DNA of 64,000 nucleotides from Eledone cirrhosa (GCA_964016885.1 OZ024746.1:33914001-33978000), one strand, 5' to 3'. Positions 13,229-28,605 are shown, counted from the first letter of the stretch. A program made the numbers and translations. Notes: generated from the letters alone by a model not told the origin.

Positions 13229-14863
13229 CTTTATAATAATAATAATAATTTGTGTGTGGTGTGTTTATATATATGGCCGATCATTAGGTGATACCTGCAT
13301 CTGATAATTGTCGCCAAAACCTGCTTGTGATTGTTTGTTTATGTACTCAAGAGAATGCATACAATCTTTATCTATGCTCAAATGTGCGTTTGTACGGATT
13401 CCTACAAACTACTCAAAGTTTTTGACCCCCTGCTTTGATGTCCTCACCCGTGCCACTTGACCACTCTAAAGCTTAAGGTGCCTTTCCTGCTATATCAAGT
13501 GTTAGATTAATGTATATCGGCTTTGTTCATTATATGCCTCCTGCATTGTTGTTTTCCCTGTGATGTTAGTAAGAAAGGGATACATGGGGTTAAAACTGAA
13601 GATTCTTAAAAAAAGTGTATGGCGCTAAGATGACGAGTGGATGTAAGCTATGAGATCTATTGCTCCAGCAAAAATACGAATGGTTGTCAGATAATGAGAG
13701 AAATGTAGTGTAGTATGAGAGCAACGTGGTGGGAAAGGATGAGTTGGACTATTGTGTGAAACATCCGCACCAGCAGAGTAACCTACTTGTTTGTTGATTC
13801 TCAGTCTCAGAATCATTTCTATGGTTTTAGAGACGGTAGATATAATTCGAAGTAGGAGGTGAACTTCTGGAAGTGATGAAGATGAATGTGATGAAAGTGA
13901 AATGGTTATAAAGTATGAGAATCTTTGGAGAGACGATACTGACTAACGAGAAATTGAGCAGGTTAAAAAGATTTAAAAAGTGTTGAATTGGTATGGGTTT
14001 AGATAGAAGCCCCGACACATTATTTGATGTAGTGGGCTTATAACACAGAGGTTAGCCTACTTAATTGTGGGAAGACATTTGTTTCAATAGCTAAGTAATA
14101 TGTTTGTGTATTTGGGGTATTCACTCGTCATGCTACCTCATAGCAACACATCTGTTTAGGCTCTGAACGACACGTACATCAAGAGGAAAGTTATGATTGT
14201 CATGCTGAAACGTGGTTCAATGGATATGGACATATTTACGGCAATGAGGCCATCGAGATCTGGAATAATAATGTTGAGATATTTAAAGTATAAGATCGTG
14301 AGAAGGGTAAAATGGAATTAGGAGTTAATGGATGCTTAATGTCTTATTTATATCCGGAAAATCCAAGTAACATTTGTTAAAGGATGGCGATAGTGAGCGA
14401 AAAAACATGACCTATGTGTATCTACAGGCATACACATTCAGGGTAGTTGCATTTCTTAGTTTCGAAGAGGAAACAAATTGTTTGAAAGGCCGAATGTATG
14501 TATAATGACATAAAAAAGGCGATTGAGAAGGGTGCAGTCAATAGGATGGTAACAGAACACTCATATAGTTGACAACTTTGACAAGAAAGAATGGATGCAA
14601 GGTTACCAATCAATACTAGAAAATTCCTTGCCAATGTTGTTTAAAAGACCCAGTTGTTTTGTTAAAATTTCATATCCTAAACTCATCTCAAGGTGGGCTG
14701 AGTGGCTGCCATGAAATAGCATACAGGGTTATCTGGCGTCCGTTAGGAAATGGTGGATAGGGTCTAGGGGAGGAGATACATACATATGTAGATGGGTATT
14801 TGCCTAAGCACGCATGTACATACACAAACGCACAGATAAGCACACACCCACATCCAGACACAG

Positions 14864-14899
<36 letters not shown>

Positions 14900-14901
<2 letters not shown>

Positions 14902-15366
14902 TTCGTTTCTGAATTTGTTTAGCAAGATTCTTTATCTGAAATCGTGTGTTGAAACCGATATTGTTATACTTTGGGAGGGCCATGTTGCCAATAAGAAACA
15001 CACGCACCAGTGCTTTCACTTCAATTTATTATATATTTATAAATTTACAAGTTTACAAATATATGAATTTCTGGTTGGTTGGTTGGCTGGTTCCACAACC
15101 AGATAGTTGTTTATATATAGTCATAGTCCTTTCGTCACACACTCTGTGACCTCCTCAGTGACTGGGGATTCCTTTCTTAGTTTCTGTGCCTTTCCTTTCT
15201 TCTGTCCTACGCCATTTTGTTTCTGAAACTATCTGGTTGTGGAACCAACCAACCAACCAGAAATGTATAGATTTGTAAACTTGTAAATTTATAAATATAT
15301 AATAAATTGAAGTGAAAGCAACTGGTGCGTGTGTTTCTTATTGGCAACATGACCCTCCCAAAGTAT

Positions 15367-15372
<6 letters not shown>
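14900..15372 (-). mobile_element. solo Penelope-type pseudo-LTR with an inverted partial copy, between (TA)n tracts
   Basis: 14958-15108 and 15227-15372 are inverted copies of each other. The element is homologous to 4420-4700, and its terminus resembles 51090-51155. Confidence 0.8.
15119..15163 (-). ncRNA. type I minimal hammerhead ribozyme
   Basis: AGTCA-CTGAGGA-gGTCACA gagtg TGTGAC-GAAA-GGAC-TA-TGACT. The core is intact, with a 5-bp stem I, a 6-bp stem II and a minimal stem III. Confidence 0.8.
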
Positions 15373-15429
<57 letters not shown>

Positions 15430-15777
15430 GGTATATATATATATATAGTAACACAAACCCTCCATCTCAATTCTACTTTTGAAAATCGTAAGAATTATAA
15501 AACCGGTAAAATAAATACATAAATATTCTTAAAAGACTCTAGTTGCATTTTCAATTTCTTTTCTTTATATATATATATATATATATATCTTTGGCAGCCA
15601 CTTTTTCATTTGCACCACATGCCACAGAGGTCACATATAGATACGATGAAGTTGTTCCGAATATATAGCAATTTGTTACTTTTTTCTTCTAATAAATATT
15701 TCAAAAATATAATAAAAGGGAATAAGATCAAATAGGAAATTAAAAATAATGAGTTTCAATATTGAATTCTTTAAAAA

Positions 15778-15817
<40 letters not shown>

Positions 15818-16562
15818 ATAAAAATGGATTCTTAGTTGTTATCATTGTTGCATTATACGCTAGGATACTATGGAACTTAATGTTTTATTTTTCAGACAAA
15901 ATGTCGAGAGGTGGCGTTGTGATACTTGAGATGATTTGTAATCATAGCGGGGCGATCAACCATACAATGTTAGTTTTGTTCTAACTTAAAAATTGCAGGC
16001 TATGGAAATAAATTCGCAAAATAAAACAATAAAATAAAAATAAACTGAAATAGAATAAGATAAAATAACTCATTCAACATTTTTTAGAGTTATATATCTA
16101 AATTCCCGAACATTCATAACGATATTATTATACACACATAAGTACACACAATAAAATACATATTTAAATATGAGGGCATTATAATTTTCATGTTGTTATG
16201 GCAAGTGAATTCTTACGATTGCTCTCCCAATCTGCCTTTGTCTATCTGTCTGGAACTCTGTTATACACACACACACATACACACACACACACACACACAC
16301 GCGTACACACACATATATATATATATATATATATTTATATTTATGTACCACCAATATATAATTTGCTGACATTGAAATATCTAAAAAATAATGTATATTC
16401 AACTGTTTAATTATATATACACATATAGACACATGCAGATAGACTTACACACACACACATACCCCCCCCACACACACACCCACACACCCACACACGCACA
16501 CACATACACACACATACCCGTACATACCCCCCACACATATATATATATTTATATATTCATTT

Positions 16563-16622
16563 ATTAAGACTAAGTGTTACTCAGAATTTTCACCTGCGCA
16601 CTTGCAGGATCATCAGTCAAAC
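16563..16622 (-). ncRNA. degenerate hammerhead ribozyme motif
   Basis: TTTGA-CTGATGA-tCCTGC aagtgc GCAGGt-GAAA-att CTGAGT aac ACTTAG-TC-TTAA. There is a 3-nt insertion after GAAA. Confidence 0.5.
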
Positions 16623-16997
16623 ATAAATCTTCAATAACAAACTATAAAGAGGTGAAATTTCAAAGGGGCTAGCAGTTGTTGAGTAGGTGTGTAGGAAAGA
16701 AAAGAAGGGAGTTACGAAAGTAGAAAAATGAAGTAAAGTAGTTACTGGTATAAATAAGGTATGGCCATGTTATGTGCGGAGATGAGGATAATAAAATTGA
16801 TGCTAGGAATTATTATGACTTGCGAAAGGGGTGAGGCAACAGAAGAACTGCTGAAGGTTTTACTTTATATAGTTCGATATCAGTAGCTCCAGTACATATA
16901 GGGGCATAACAAATCGACACGGATAAATAAGTGAAATTTGAAATAAATCAATGTTCTGTAATTGGAAAAAGATATAGAAACAAAACGAGGATAGGAC

Positions 16998-17035
<38 letters not shown>

Positions 17036-17509
17036 ACACAAACACCACACACACAGACAAACACACATATATATATATCCGATCCAGAGCATTCTGAATC
17101 CTGTTGGAGGAATCTCTCTTTGACTGAACCCCACCGCTCTGGGATTTGGTCATGTCAACAGCGTAGCCGTACCTTCACGCTTGGTCAATTATGTGCGGTT
17201 GAAGCTATTTAAAATATAAGTGGTGTCGATGGAGTTCACCCACCACTTAACTGCTCTTAATTTTTAGACGCCCACCACCCATGGTTGAAGCAGGATGTAC
17301 ATGGTGCCAGTAGCAGGGAGAAACTTGCCTGCTTTATATATGTAGGTTCCTGAAAATCCTGATAGAGTCATAATGCCATTTTAAGCCAGGCGGACCCCAT
17401 CTATTTTCAATATGTTTTAGTTCGTCTCCAAAATCCTAATACAACTCTATCTAAATCAAAAACACATGTCAATTGCATTTCAAAATTTAATTCATTATTT
17501 AATATTCTG

Positions 17510-17750
17510 AATTGGCAGTATTGGTAGAGGGTTGAACGCCATGCTTTCTAGCATAGATATGACCCTTTACGGACGGAGTTCAAATCCCGTCGGGGTTAAC
17601 TTTGCCTTTCATCCTTATGGGGTCGATAAAATAAAGTACCAGTAAACTACTGGATAATTGCTGACCTTGTGCCAAACGTAGAAACATTATTTAATATTCA
17701 AATGGGTGGTAGACTGGCAGTATCGGTAGAGAATCGGACACAAACAATTA
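17510..17750 (+). mobile_element. tRNA-derived SINE (full copy 17510-17690 plus a head-only fragment)
   Basis: TGGCAGTATTGG A box, GAGTTCAAATCC B box, GCCTTTCATCCTTATGGGGTCGATAAAATAAAGTACCAG core, and tail. Confidence 0.9.
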
Positions 17751-17885
17751 TTTAATATTCAAATTGAGACATATATTTAGAATTGCATTTCGACAAATCG
17801 AAACGATCGTAGACATGTATGAAATATTTTGAACTATACAATCTTATATATGCATGTCTGTGTGAGTGTGTATGTGTGTGTGTGT

Positions 17886-17936
<51 letters not shown>

Positions 17937-17950
17937 GCGCGTGTGCATGG

Positions 17951-17994
<44 letters not shown>

Positions 17995-18187
17995 TTGTCT
18001 GTTTCGGTGAGTGGAGTATTTGATGGAAAAAATACGTCGGGGTCTTTCTGACATTTTGATAAAATTATCTTTAGGAAGGACATTTAAGATATTTATTTAT
18101 GCTTGTTACGTGCAAGACATAGCATTATAAAAGAAACCATTCATCGTGTAGAAGGATTTATATTATCAATGTTAGCCTACGACCATG

Positions 18188-18226
<39 letters not shown>

Positions 18227-18611
18227 ATATATTTGTGTGTGTGTGTGTGTATATATTTGTGTGTGTGTGTGTGTGTATATATTTGTGTGTGTGTGTGTGT
18301 GTATATATTCGTGTGAGTGTGTGTGTGTCTGTCTTTATGTGTATATGTGTGTTGTTGTGTGTGGGTGTGTGTGTATGTGCCTGTATGTATATAATGCTTA
18401 TTTTTCTGAGAGGCATTATCCAGGTCTTTTATTACAATATATTTCACTTCATTCTATGTTTTATATAGTGGTTGATATATCGTTTCCTTATATCCTTGCC
18501 TCATCTTTGCCGCTCACCTATCAATTAGTTTTAGACACCGGGAAAGATTTATTAACGTATATATGTAAACAGACACACGTTCACACAAACACACGCATAC
18601 ACAACCACACC

Positions 18612-18659
<48 letters not shown>

Positions 18660-18868
18660 TTAGGAAATTTCGCTTCATACTTAAATGCTGCATATATGTG
18701 ACACAATAAACAATTACAAACAAATATTTACACTTGTCCGCAGAAATATCACCAGACTTCCATCATAAAAAGCTTTCACATACACATTAAGACTTTTACA
18801 TGCATACACACACGCACACATAGATACACACACACATGCATACATACATAATACATATATATATATAT

Positions 18869-18977
<109 letters not shown>

Positions 18978-19020
18978 TATAAATATATATCGATGCAATA
19001 ATACACTTTATATACGTCAA

Positions 19021-19106
<86 letters not shown>

Positions 19107-19133
19107 CAATAATACACTTTCTATACATCAATG

Positions 19134-19171
<38 letters not shown>

Positions 19172-19995
19172 CACCACAATTCACTCTCTATATATATTGA
19201 TGTAATTGTCTGACATTTATAATACACAATAAATCATTCCCTAATTTTGAAATGCTTCAAACAAAACTGATTCTTTTAGAAATGTCTTTTAACAATCCAG
19301 ACTAATTCATCATAAACATAGTATAAGAGAATTATTGCAATACGCAACAGTTTGACCCAAGACATATTTCTTTCTCTCCAGCATAATTGTCGTCAAAAGT
19401 TTGTGATTTGCTAACTTCAGCATTGTAAACAGTGCAATTATTATTAACATTTAATTAGTATTGTTCTTGTTTTCATTCGACGTCTACGTGCCCCTTCCTG
19501 TATATTTGTAGTTTTTCATTCATTTTTCAAAAGTGTTTTCATTATTTTTTTGTTACAATAAATAGGGCAGCATACATTGCCCACAGAAAAGTCGACCCCA
19601 TAATACTTTGATGATGGCCATACCTATTTTAATTTTAATTTTCAAACGAAAGATGGAGGGGAATACCCATCTACATCCAAAGAACAAAAGAATTGAAGGG
19701 AAAAACTACACGAGAAACGTGTGCTACCTTTTATCAATTACCGGACTAAATCAACACACACACACACACCACCACCATCGCTGAAGCCAATATATGTTGT
19801 ATTGAATTAAACATTTCCTCAAGTAGCATGGCATTCAGGGATTGGTTTTTTGGTTACAGAGCATTATTCTGTAGGGAATACTGAGTTATGTGTTGTACAA
19901 ACATTTTTTTATTTCTATTTTGTTTATTCCACACCTGCTTATAATTATCTGCACGACGTTCCCAAGTAGGGATGTAAGTGTAACAGGTTTGAAAT

Positions 19996-20182
19996 AATTG
20001 TTTCTACTTTTGGCACAAGGCCAGCAATTTCCCAGTGTATTAATGTACTTTATTTTATCGACCCCCGTAAGGATGAAAGGCAAAGTTAACCTCGGCGGGA
20101 TTTGAACTCAGAATGGCAAGAGCCGTATATCTATGCGTCAAAGCATGGCGTCCAACCCTCTACCGATACTGCCAATTCACCT
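19996..20182 (-). mobile_element. tRNA-derived SINE
   Basis: Full tail, core, B box and A box in reverse complement. Confidence 0.9.
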
Positions 20183-21172
20183 TGAAATAATGTTATAAAG
20201 ATGTGCCTTCATTAATGTTTTCAAAATTTCTGAGGTCACTCTGCATCTAAATATTGCTGATAAAGTTTCTGCGGAAGATTTGGAATAAGGATGAATGATC
20301 TTGAAAGCGATATAGATTCGATTATATTGCTTGGAATAATGTTGCTCCTAAATATTGTTGTCTCCTAGAATAAAACAGGATATTAAACAAGTTAATCTTT
20401 TCTTGGACAAATTGCATAGCATATGCAAAATAACATCCAAGCAAAAGGATCCAATTTCTGATGCCTGAGACACTTTTGTGTATTATAAGAACATTTTATG
20501 GATTTAAATGTACTTCCTTAAACACAAACATAGATTCCTTTAACTTCATTTTCTATCAGAACCCTTCAGAGCAATTTCGATGTTTTCTTGAACTGTTATT
20601 TGTTTCTAATTTTCATTTCTACATTTCGGAGACTTTTTGTACGATCTACACTAACGCTTGAAATACCGTGAATCATATTATTACGAGTAGTAAATACGCT
20701 AACTGTTTTTCATATTACTTAATACAGAAATTCAGATTCCCCATAGAGCCTGAGATAATCGACATATTCAAGTATATCAATCCTGATATGTTATAATTAA
20801 ATGTATCTCAAACGTCACATATGCCTTCACACATACGTATTCAGTCTGCATTCATTTAGTAAATTGATTGTAATCTTTGGCCAGCTTTAACCTTACATTT
20901 AATATTGAAATGTCTATGATTCTTATTTTGAAAATGAACAATTTTCAAATTCAGCTAAATTGCATGTGGTGGCATTATTATTTTTGACAGAATTTGGTAT
21001 ACAATATCTGACAACACTTATTTAAAGGAAATTTCAAATTTATAAAATAGTGTAAATTTATAAATTGTGTATATTTTTTGTGTGTCTATAAGTGTGTTAT
21101 AATATTGAATATTCATCATTTCTTGCAGAAATTCTACAATGACGTTTACTTATAATAATTTATATTATTATA

Positions 21173-21727
21173 CTAGCAGTGGTATCCGGCGTTGCACGGG
21201 ATAAGGTATTGTGAAATATATAGCCGCCTTAGCTAAGCTTAATATTTCCACAACCACGGCTGGCAAATAAGTAAGGGTCTGGTGGTACGTAAGTAAGCAA
21301 CACTGTGGCTTAAAACGTGAGGGAGAAGTTGTGTACACTTACCAACTGTTGGGGAAATGAGTGTGAGATTTGTCTTGAGCAAGGGTGGCAGAATAACTGG
21401 AGGCACATATATTATAAGGGCGCGTTATGGACGCAGAGCGAATTGTAGGAAGTGACGTAATGCAGACAGTCAGTCATACAGACAAATATTATAAGGCCGC
21501 GACGTTATATATATGTATCTATCTAAAAAGTGAAATACTAAGAATTATAGAGAGAGATCGCTAAATCGCCTAATAACGACCTTAGGGCATTGACAATTTG
21601 ACATTTTTTTTGCCCAGAACACTTCCTGAAACATAAGTATTACATGTGTAAAGTTTGAAAACGGACGGTTGGGTGGTTCTCTAGGGATTCAAACTCACAC
21701 AGACATCCTCAGTTTTATATATATAGA
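21173..21727 (-). mobile_element. non-autonomous Helitron
   Basis: On the minus strand it starts A|TCTATATATATAAAA and ends CCCGTGCAACGCCGGATACCACTG-CTAG|T. This gives a 5' TC, a GC-rich subterminal hairpin-like motif, a 3' CTAG and insertion between A and T. Confidence 0.75.
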
Positions 21728-22739
21728 TAAGGCGGAGTGGCTGTTACAGTGTCTGACGCTGGCCGTTTTCTGTAGCATCGCCTTCGCCATTTTGTCCGCA
21801 GAATGACGTTGAAGGACACCACGCAGAATGGGGTGTAAAGTTTGTTGCTATCTCTCCCCCTCTTCCCTTCCTTCCGTTGCTTAATATCTTTTTTCATTTT
21901 AGCCCTCTTTTCTTTTATTCTTAATTTCTATATTGCTTTATATAATATGTTATGTAAATAAAAATCATCTGTGAAATATATGATAAAGAAAGTAATCATC
22001 TTATTAATCTATACAGAATGCTTGTGTAAGGGAGGATACATTGCACTTATGTTTAAAAGATATTTAGTGGGTATTTCAGGTTCATTGTGATATAATTTAA
22101 TATATCATCTCGAGATCTACAAGAGGAGCATTGCAAGTTGCTGTGTGGAATGTATTTTGGAAAATAAATTAAATATACTTAGATTAATACCGTCCGAAAT
22201 CTTCCAAATACATCATTTGAATAAATTAATGAGACATTTTCTAGCCATATTGAATTTATGGTTAAGCCTTTTTCCTTGTTCTAATCCATGCATTACGATA
22301 GAAATCACGCAGAGATAAGTAGTAGATAATTTTCTATAAAATGTATATTCACTTAATCAATGTTAAATTATGAATTTTATTAAAATGTAGCATTATTACT
22401 GTGTGGTTTCATGTAAAGTTTATGTTACAATCATATGTATAATCATGATGTACGAACTTGCAAAATTGAAAAGAAGTATTATGCTACACGTAATTTTGCG
22501 AAATATACGTGCAGTATTAACTGTAAAGGAATGTCAAACTTACACTAAGCGAAATCTCATACTTCATAATAACCATCAAAATCTATCAGCTTGCATGGAA
22601 GGTGTTTCGAGTCTAAAGGAAAGTTTCAAACTCAGAAATCGTCTTAGATACTTCCATATTTACAACCAAACCTATGTGTAATATATAAATCACAAAATAT
22701 GTCTTAAGAGAATAAATAGCAAATATCAGTCTGAGCCCA

Positions 22740-23580
22740 TTAAAAAAAAAAAAAATCCCGATGACCGTAGAATGTGAAGAACATAATGCCATTGCTGTAA
22801 TCAGCCACAACACCTCTATGAATCCTGCTGCAGGTAACACAGATCACGAAGTAACAATTTTCTGAGGCTTTCAAAAGAAATTTGGAACAAGGAATGTATC
22901 TTTAACATCAGGCTCATTATGTAAAAGGCACGTATGTACAATATCCTTCAGGACATGGCCTTCGTTGATTACAAGAAATCTTTAGACTGAATTAGATATT
23001 CAACTCTGTGGAACATTCTGTAGAAGATGGGATACAACGCTGCAGTAGTTAAACTACTGTAGAAACTGTACCCCGGCCATAATGCAGCGGTTAGCGTGAA
23101 AGGTCAAAGGTTAGTGAGGAAATATATGCCACAGGGTTATCTGATGTCAGCAATGTTCTTCAAATTCTGAACCTTTGCTTTATGCGTGATTTGCATAAAT
23201 TGTGGTTTAACACTGTCTGGAAAGGCCACGCTTTCCACAAAGTCATCAACTGGAAGCTTCTGAAGACTCTAATGTGGCTGTTTTTACTGTATGCCTGCCA
23301 ACTTGGACATTGAAGATATTACCAAATTAATATATGTCGATAAGGCCTGTTAGAGATGAGAACAGCGCAGCAGCTGGAGACACCATATAATGAATGAGTC
23401 GGTCACTGATGAGATCGAAACAGAGAGCAGATTGTCGCAAGTATAAAGAAGTGATAGTTACAATAATATGACCATATTGTCATGTCTGAGAACGTCTGCA
23501 CCCTCATCCTTCAGAGCCGCATCGACTGCAGGTGAACCAGGGGTATACCAAGGCAAATCTGGGGCGACGTCACTAGTGAT
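22740..23580 (+). mobile_element. degenerate RTE-clade LINE RT fragment
   Basis: AFVDYKKSLD*IRYSTLWNIL*KMGYNAAVVKLL*KLYPGHNAAVSV resembles the F.DY.KAFD.V....LW RT block. Multiple stops are present. Confidence 0.7.
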
Positions 23581-24814
23581 TGGAAGGGAATAACGAGGCT
23601 GCAACTGCTATATTTTTAGTTCTTATATTTTAGTCTTGTTTGCGATAAAAAAAGGATTGTTGCAAAAAATAGATCGATTCTTAGAAAAAAGCCATTAAAT
23701 AATTGAGTTCCCTATATAGTCCGTTTGAACTGATGTGGAATATCCTGATCAAGTATAAATAAAGCTTTAAATTGCGTTGCCATCTTTGAAACATAAGCTC
23801 CGAAGAAGCAATACAGATAAGTGTCACCAATGTACCATTTCTAAACAAACCTGGAAACTGTTCACAATGAGCAAACTCAAAATATACCTCGATCACAAAC
23901 TCATAGTCACACCAAACATGTGACATTGTTTTTATCAATAGTATGCGTACAAACATAAGAATAAACACCTTAATACAATTTCCACAAACATACAATGATA
24001 TACTGACCACAGAGATATGAAATTCCCAAACAATTTAAGCAGATGACACTCAACGATATTTACATCTGAAATCAATGAAACAAGAACGTAACGTCACATA
24101 CCAATAAAGAAAATGCAAAAACTCGGCTGAAGTCACATGTTGTGAAAAACAGAGCTAGAGGTCCACGAGCAACAGCACATTTACTAACAGCACGTGCACA
24201 CTATTTATATTTAAATAAAATTGCTTACAAAGCTACACTGAAATTAGATGGAAACACACATAAGCACAGTTATATCCGAACTCCTATCATCAAATGTACA
24301 TCAAGTTATTGACGCATAGATCTACAAATAACTAATTTAAAATATAAAAATCCATATGATAACTAATGATAGATACATAACCAGAGAGAGAGAGAGAGTG
24401 TCTATTATATACACGTATGTAATTGAACATAGTCATAACGAACGGAATATAAACAAAACACAGGGCTACAAAATCACGAATCAACCACAATCAATAAATC
24501 CACAAATAAATAAATACAACATATTCCCTACAATAGAGCGAAATAATCAAATAAACTACATGAGACACGCACAGAAACACACAAACATATACTAATCTAC
24601 TTATACACACTCACGGGTACATAGTTGTAAAATATATATTATTGAAATGCAAAAAGTAAAAACAAATGGAATATACACACACTATTACTGAAACCGTAGA
24701 CAAAAAAAAAACAACGAAATATATTGCAAAAAACAACACGACAGAAAACAGGTAGACAGACAAATATACATGATAGTATGCTCGGAAAATACACACACAC
24801 ATGCATGCACTCAG

Positions 24815-24874
<60 letters not shown>

Positions 24875-25303
24875 ATAAAAGCACAATAAAATACAGACAC
24901 ACATTTCTGCACACACAGGTATAGAAATTAACATAACTAAACAACAGCTACATCAAATTAAAAAAATAAAACATCTGAGGACCAATAAAATATATAACTT
25001 GACATTAAAAACTATCGTTGAAACTAAACCAACCCACCACCATTTCCAATTGTCCATTTGTCTTTAAATCCACAAGAGGCTCTTATCAATTTTATTATTA
25101 TTTTGATTATTTCAGTATTTTTGGGTACTTCAAAATATCTCTTCGTCTATCAATAACTCATGCGTTGAAGTGATCCTGAGTGTTACACATTAAATTTGTC
25201 ATGATGAATTCAATATTCCACTTAACCGTCGGAAATATATAAGACTTACTGTAGGTTTGTATGTAGAACATACTCTCTCACACCCACATACCCATATATC
25301 TCG

Positions 25304-25365
<62 letters not shown>

Positions 25366-25799
25366 TCGCACGCACCCATATATATATATATGTACATACA
25401 TAATCATCATACCCCAAATGTAGCACCATGTGTTGATAAATCTGGAATAGCCAGACTGACACACGATCGTAAATGGAAAGAATTAGTTTTCTCAGAGTGG
25501 CAATTATTTATTCCATTGTGTATGAGCTTTACACAGAATACAAATACAACATGAGGCCGTTTGTGTTACATCTGGATACGTTTCAAGTAATTGAATAAGG
25601 AATATTTAAACCAGTTGCAGATGCAAATAGATAATGTGGACTTCATGACCAGGTACTGTGATTTTGGAGATGTAATATTTTGTGTAAACCTCGTAAATTC
25701 CACATAGCAGTGATTATGGTTTATGTCATCTACTAACATTTTCTAATGCAGTTCCTCTTATTTTCCAATATGTCTTAAACATACGTTAGTATATAAAGA

Positions 25800-25986
25800 T
25801 AATTGTTTCTACTTTATGCACAAGGCCAGCAATTAACCAGTGCATTACTGGTACTTTATTTTATCGACCCCGTAAGGATGAAAGGCAAAGTCAACCTCGG
25901 CGGGATTTGAACTCCTATCGTAAAGGGACGTAACTATGCTGGAAAGCACGCCGTCCGACCCTCTACCGATACTGCCAATCCACCGT
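25800..25986 (-). mobile_element. tRNA-derived SINE
   Basis: Near-consensus full copy in reverse complement. Confidence 0.92.
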
Positions 25987-26491
25987 TAGTATATAGAGAT
26001 ACTGTATTGTATTAGGGTCTTAAAGATTTAGCTGGAGCAACAGTCAAAGGCTATGATTTGAACCCTCGTAATACGACAGGATATCAGTGAGATATTTTTA
26101 TCATTTCCTTTCCCTTTTCATCACTATTTTCTAGCTGATTAATTACATTAATTTGAAATAATTTAATTGCATAAAATCGGTATGTGCTGATTTCTGATGT
26201 GATATTATTTCTTCGCCTCTCATAGATTATAGTCTTTAATGTTCATTTGCTATCCAGCCAGCACTCCAAATATGTGCTCAAATCCACCTACGGGTGACAT
26301 ACTATATCAACTGTCTAGACGGAATTTACATTCTGCATATTATAATGTAATATTGCAATAATTGCAAAATAAGATGAAGTGAGAAAATATTTGCACAAAT
26401 CAATGCTTACATATAATCTCACAAGCTGAAACGTCGTTCCTACACACTCATCCACCCACTTATTCTCAATTAAATACATATACCCCTTCCC

Positions 26492-26624
<133 letters not shown>

Positions 26625-27914
26625 TATACATATATATATATGAGTGTTACATAGAGCTATTCACACATACGAATGTATATATATATATATATATGCGTGT
26701 GTGTGTGCGTGTGTGCATGTGTGTGTGCGTGAGTATATTTATGTGTCTGTCTGTGTGCCAGCGTTTGCATAGATATACAAGTCTGAAGAAACACCTGTAA
26801 AGACAAATACAATAATGAACAATGTTTGACCACATTAAAATATACATATATGTGTATTTTATTTCTTTTTTTTTTAACGTCTGAATATATAATATGTATC
26901 TGAATTTATGAATTATATTTTTTTCATTAGAATCCACTTAATGAAATACCCTTTTTATGAATCAATTAGACCTGAAATGTTCTCATATGATTTTCACTAA
27001 TTTTCTATTCTCATACACTATATACATATATTGTAGAGACCTTCAACATCTGTGCATTCTATAACATCTATATAACCTATTAGTTTGGACAATAATTTCT
27101 CTGTAGTTTTTCAGAATGTTATTGAAATTGGTGTTCTTTTCAGTCAAATTGTAGGATACACATTGATCTATCTTGGACACCTTCCCTATTGCATGCATGT
27201 CTTTGAGAATGATTTACAATGCTCGAATTAATTAGACATGATGTCTGGCATAGGTTGGCTTCCACCAGCTCAGAGAGTTTCACTTAGTTTATGGTGGATG
27301 GATTTTCTGCGCGAGTTTGAACTTCATGTCTGCTATCACCATAAAGGAAACGTGCGAACTAGTGTTTTTTCAACGACTGCAATGTTGGTGTCATCTGTTT
27401 ATTTTACTTTCATGTGTGACAGAAGCCATAGGTTAAGACGCCACTCATATTACTAGACGCTTTCCCAGCATCATGCTCCTTTTTTTCCATACGTTTTATT
27501 GTGTCGTGTTTCCATACGTTTTATTGGGAGTGTTTAATCGTTGAATAACCGCATTTGTAATTGCGATGTTTGTGATGCTGGAAGCGGATAAGGATTTTCC
27601 TTTAAGCAAGTTTTTCGATCAATTTATTTTTTTTTTATATCCACATCTTCTCAAATATTGCATCCTCTCATACATCAGTGCTGAACAGAAGCTAATTGAT
27701 GAATTACGTTTTAATGAAGTGCAGAACAATTCATTTGTCATCCTTATAAATGATACCCCATACAAAACATACTAGTGATATTATTTTATTTTTATTTCAT
27801 GGATTATGTGTGTTAGCTAATGATATAATAGTGTTGGAGGAAGAAAACGAATCCCTTTGTCTGTTAACGTTTTGGAAACTATAAACATTTACTGGAACAT
27901 GCAAGAATTGCAAG

Positions 27915-28170
27915 AGCTGTCGTTATAATGTGCCATCTTCGGCTTTCTGTTATCAGCGAAGTACATGTAGATGCCAAAATCAATATTTTCAATTCGGTAT
28001 ACATGCCAACCAATATTTACGGTCATGAATCTTGGGTAACGACCGAAAGGATACGATCAATAATTGAAGCACTCGAAATGGGGTTCCTTCGAAGTAAACT
28101 TGGACTAACGTACCTCGATAGAGAGCGTAGCCGGGAGATCAGAGAGTGGCTCCTGATAGATTGTTTTAAT
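27915..28170 (+). mobile_element. RTE (Expander-like) LINE fragment
   Basis: AKINIFNSVYMPTNIYGHESWVTTERIRSIIEALEMGFLR..GLTYLDRERSREIRE matches the RTE post-RT motif P.L.YG.E.W...EM.FLR. Confidence 0.85.
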
Positions 28171-28429
28171 CTTCAGCAAACCCGGTCCTAAAATCTATCT
28201 GTATGCAAATGAGGCTAATAAGGACCATGTATACATTTGAGAATACTATGTATTCTGCGCAGTTCCAATAGGCAACAGTGACGAGAATACACAATCTTGA
28301 TAAGGAGCATCACATTCCGAAACAATTGTCAATTGCTTTCACTCAGCTAGTGCTGGAACAAATGAATGACCTTAGTCACCTAACAGGTAACAGGTGGTGT
28401 TTGTAAAGGTGTTTGCTTACAAGTAAGTA

Positions 28430-28605
28430 ATATTGTTATATTAGGGGAGGGTATGCTGTAATAATATTGCCGGAAATATATAATAAATCACACTCGGTTT
28501 TTTATTACATACTTCTGGCAATATTATAACCACATGACTATCCCTAAATATAGCAATATTTATTTCATCAAACGATCTCATATCAAAAACAAGTTCCACG
28601 CCATC
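28430..28605 (+). mobile_element. Penelope-type pseudo-LTR terminus with an inverted partial copy
   Basis: 28500-28605 resembles 51055-51155, and 28430-28488 is its imperfect inverted copy. Confidence 0.55.

Noticed and set aside
13300-14740. Probable ancient LINE debris (also 1-230, 20.2-20.8, 23.7-24.3, 25.4-25.8, 33.5-33.9 and 58.8-59.3 kb)
   Set aside because: Too degenerate to assign a family or boundaries by eye.
15880-15915. Splice-acceptor-like TTTTATTTTTCAG followed by ATG and GT
   Set aside because: The donor is weak and there is no supporting exon chain; such matches are expected by chance in AT-rich DNA.
17510-17590. tRNA gene
   Set aside because: The A and B boxes belong to the SINE head, no cloverleaf is evident, and the sequence is followed by the SINE core.
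23402-23440. CTGATGAGATCGAAAC as a hammerhead
   Set aside because: It lies inside RTE coding remnant sequence, with essentially no stem II and no stem I or III pairing.
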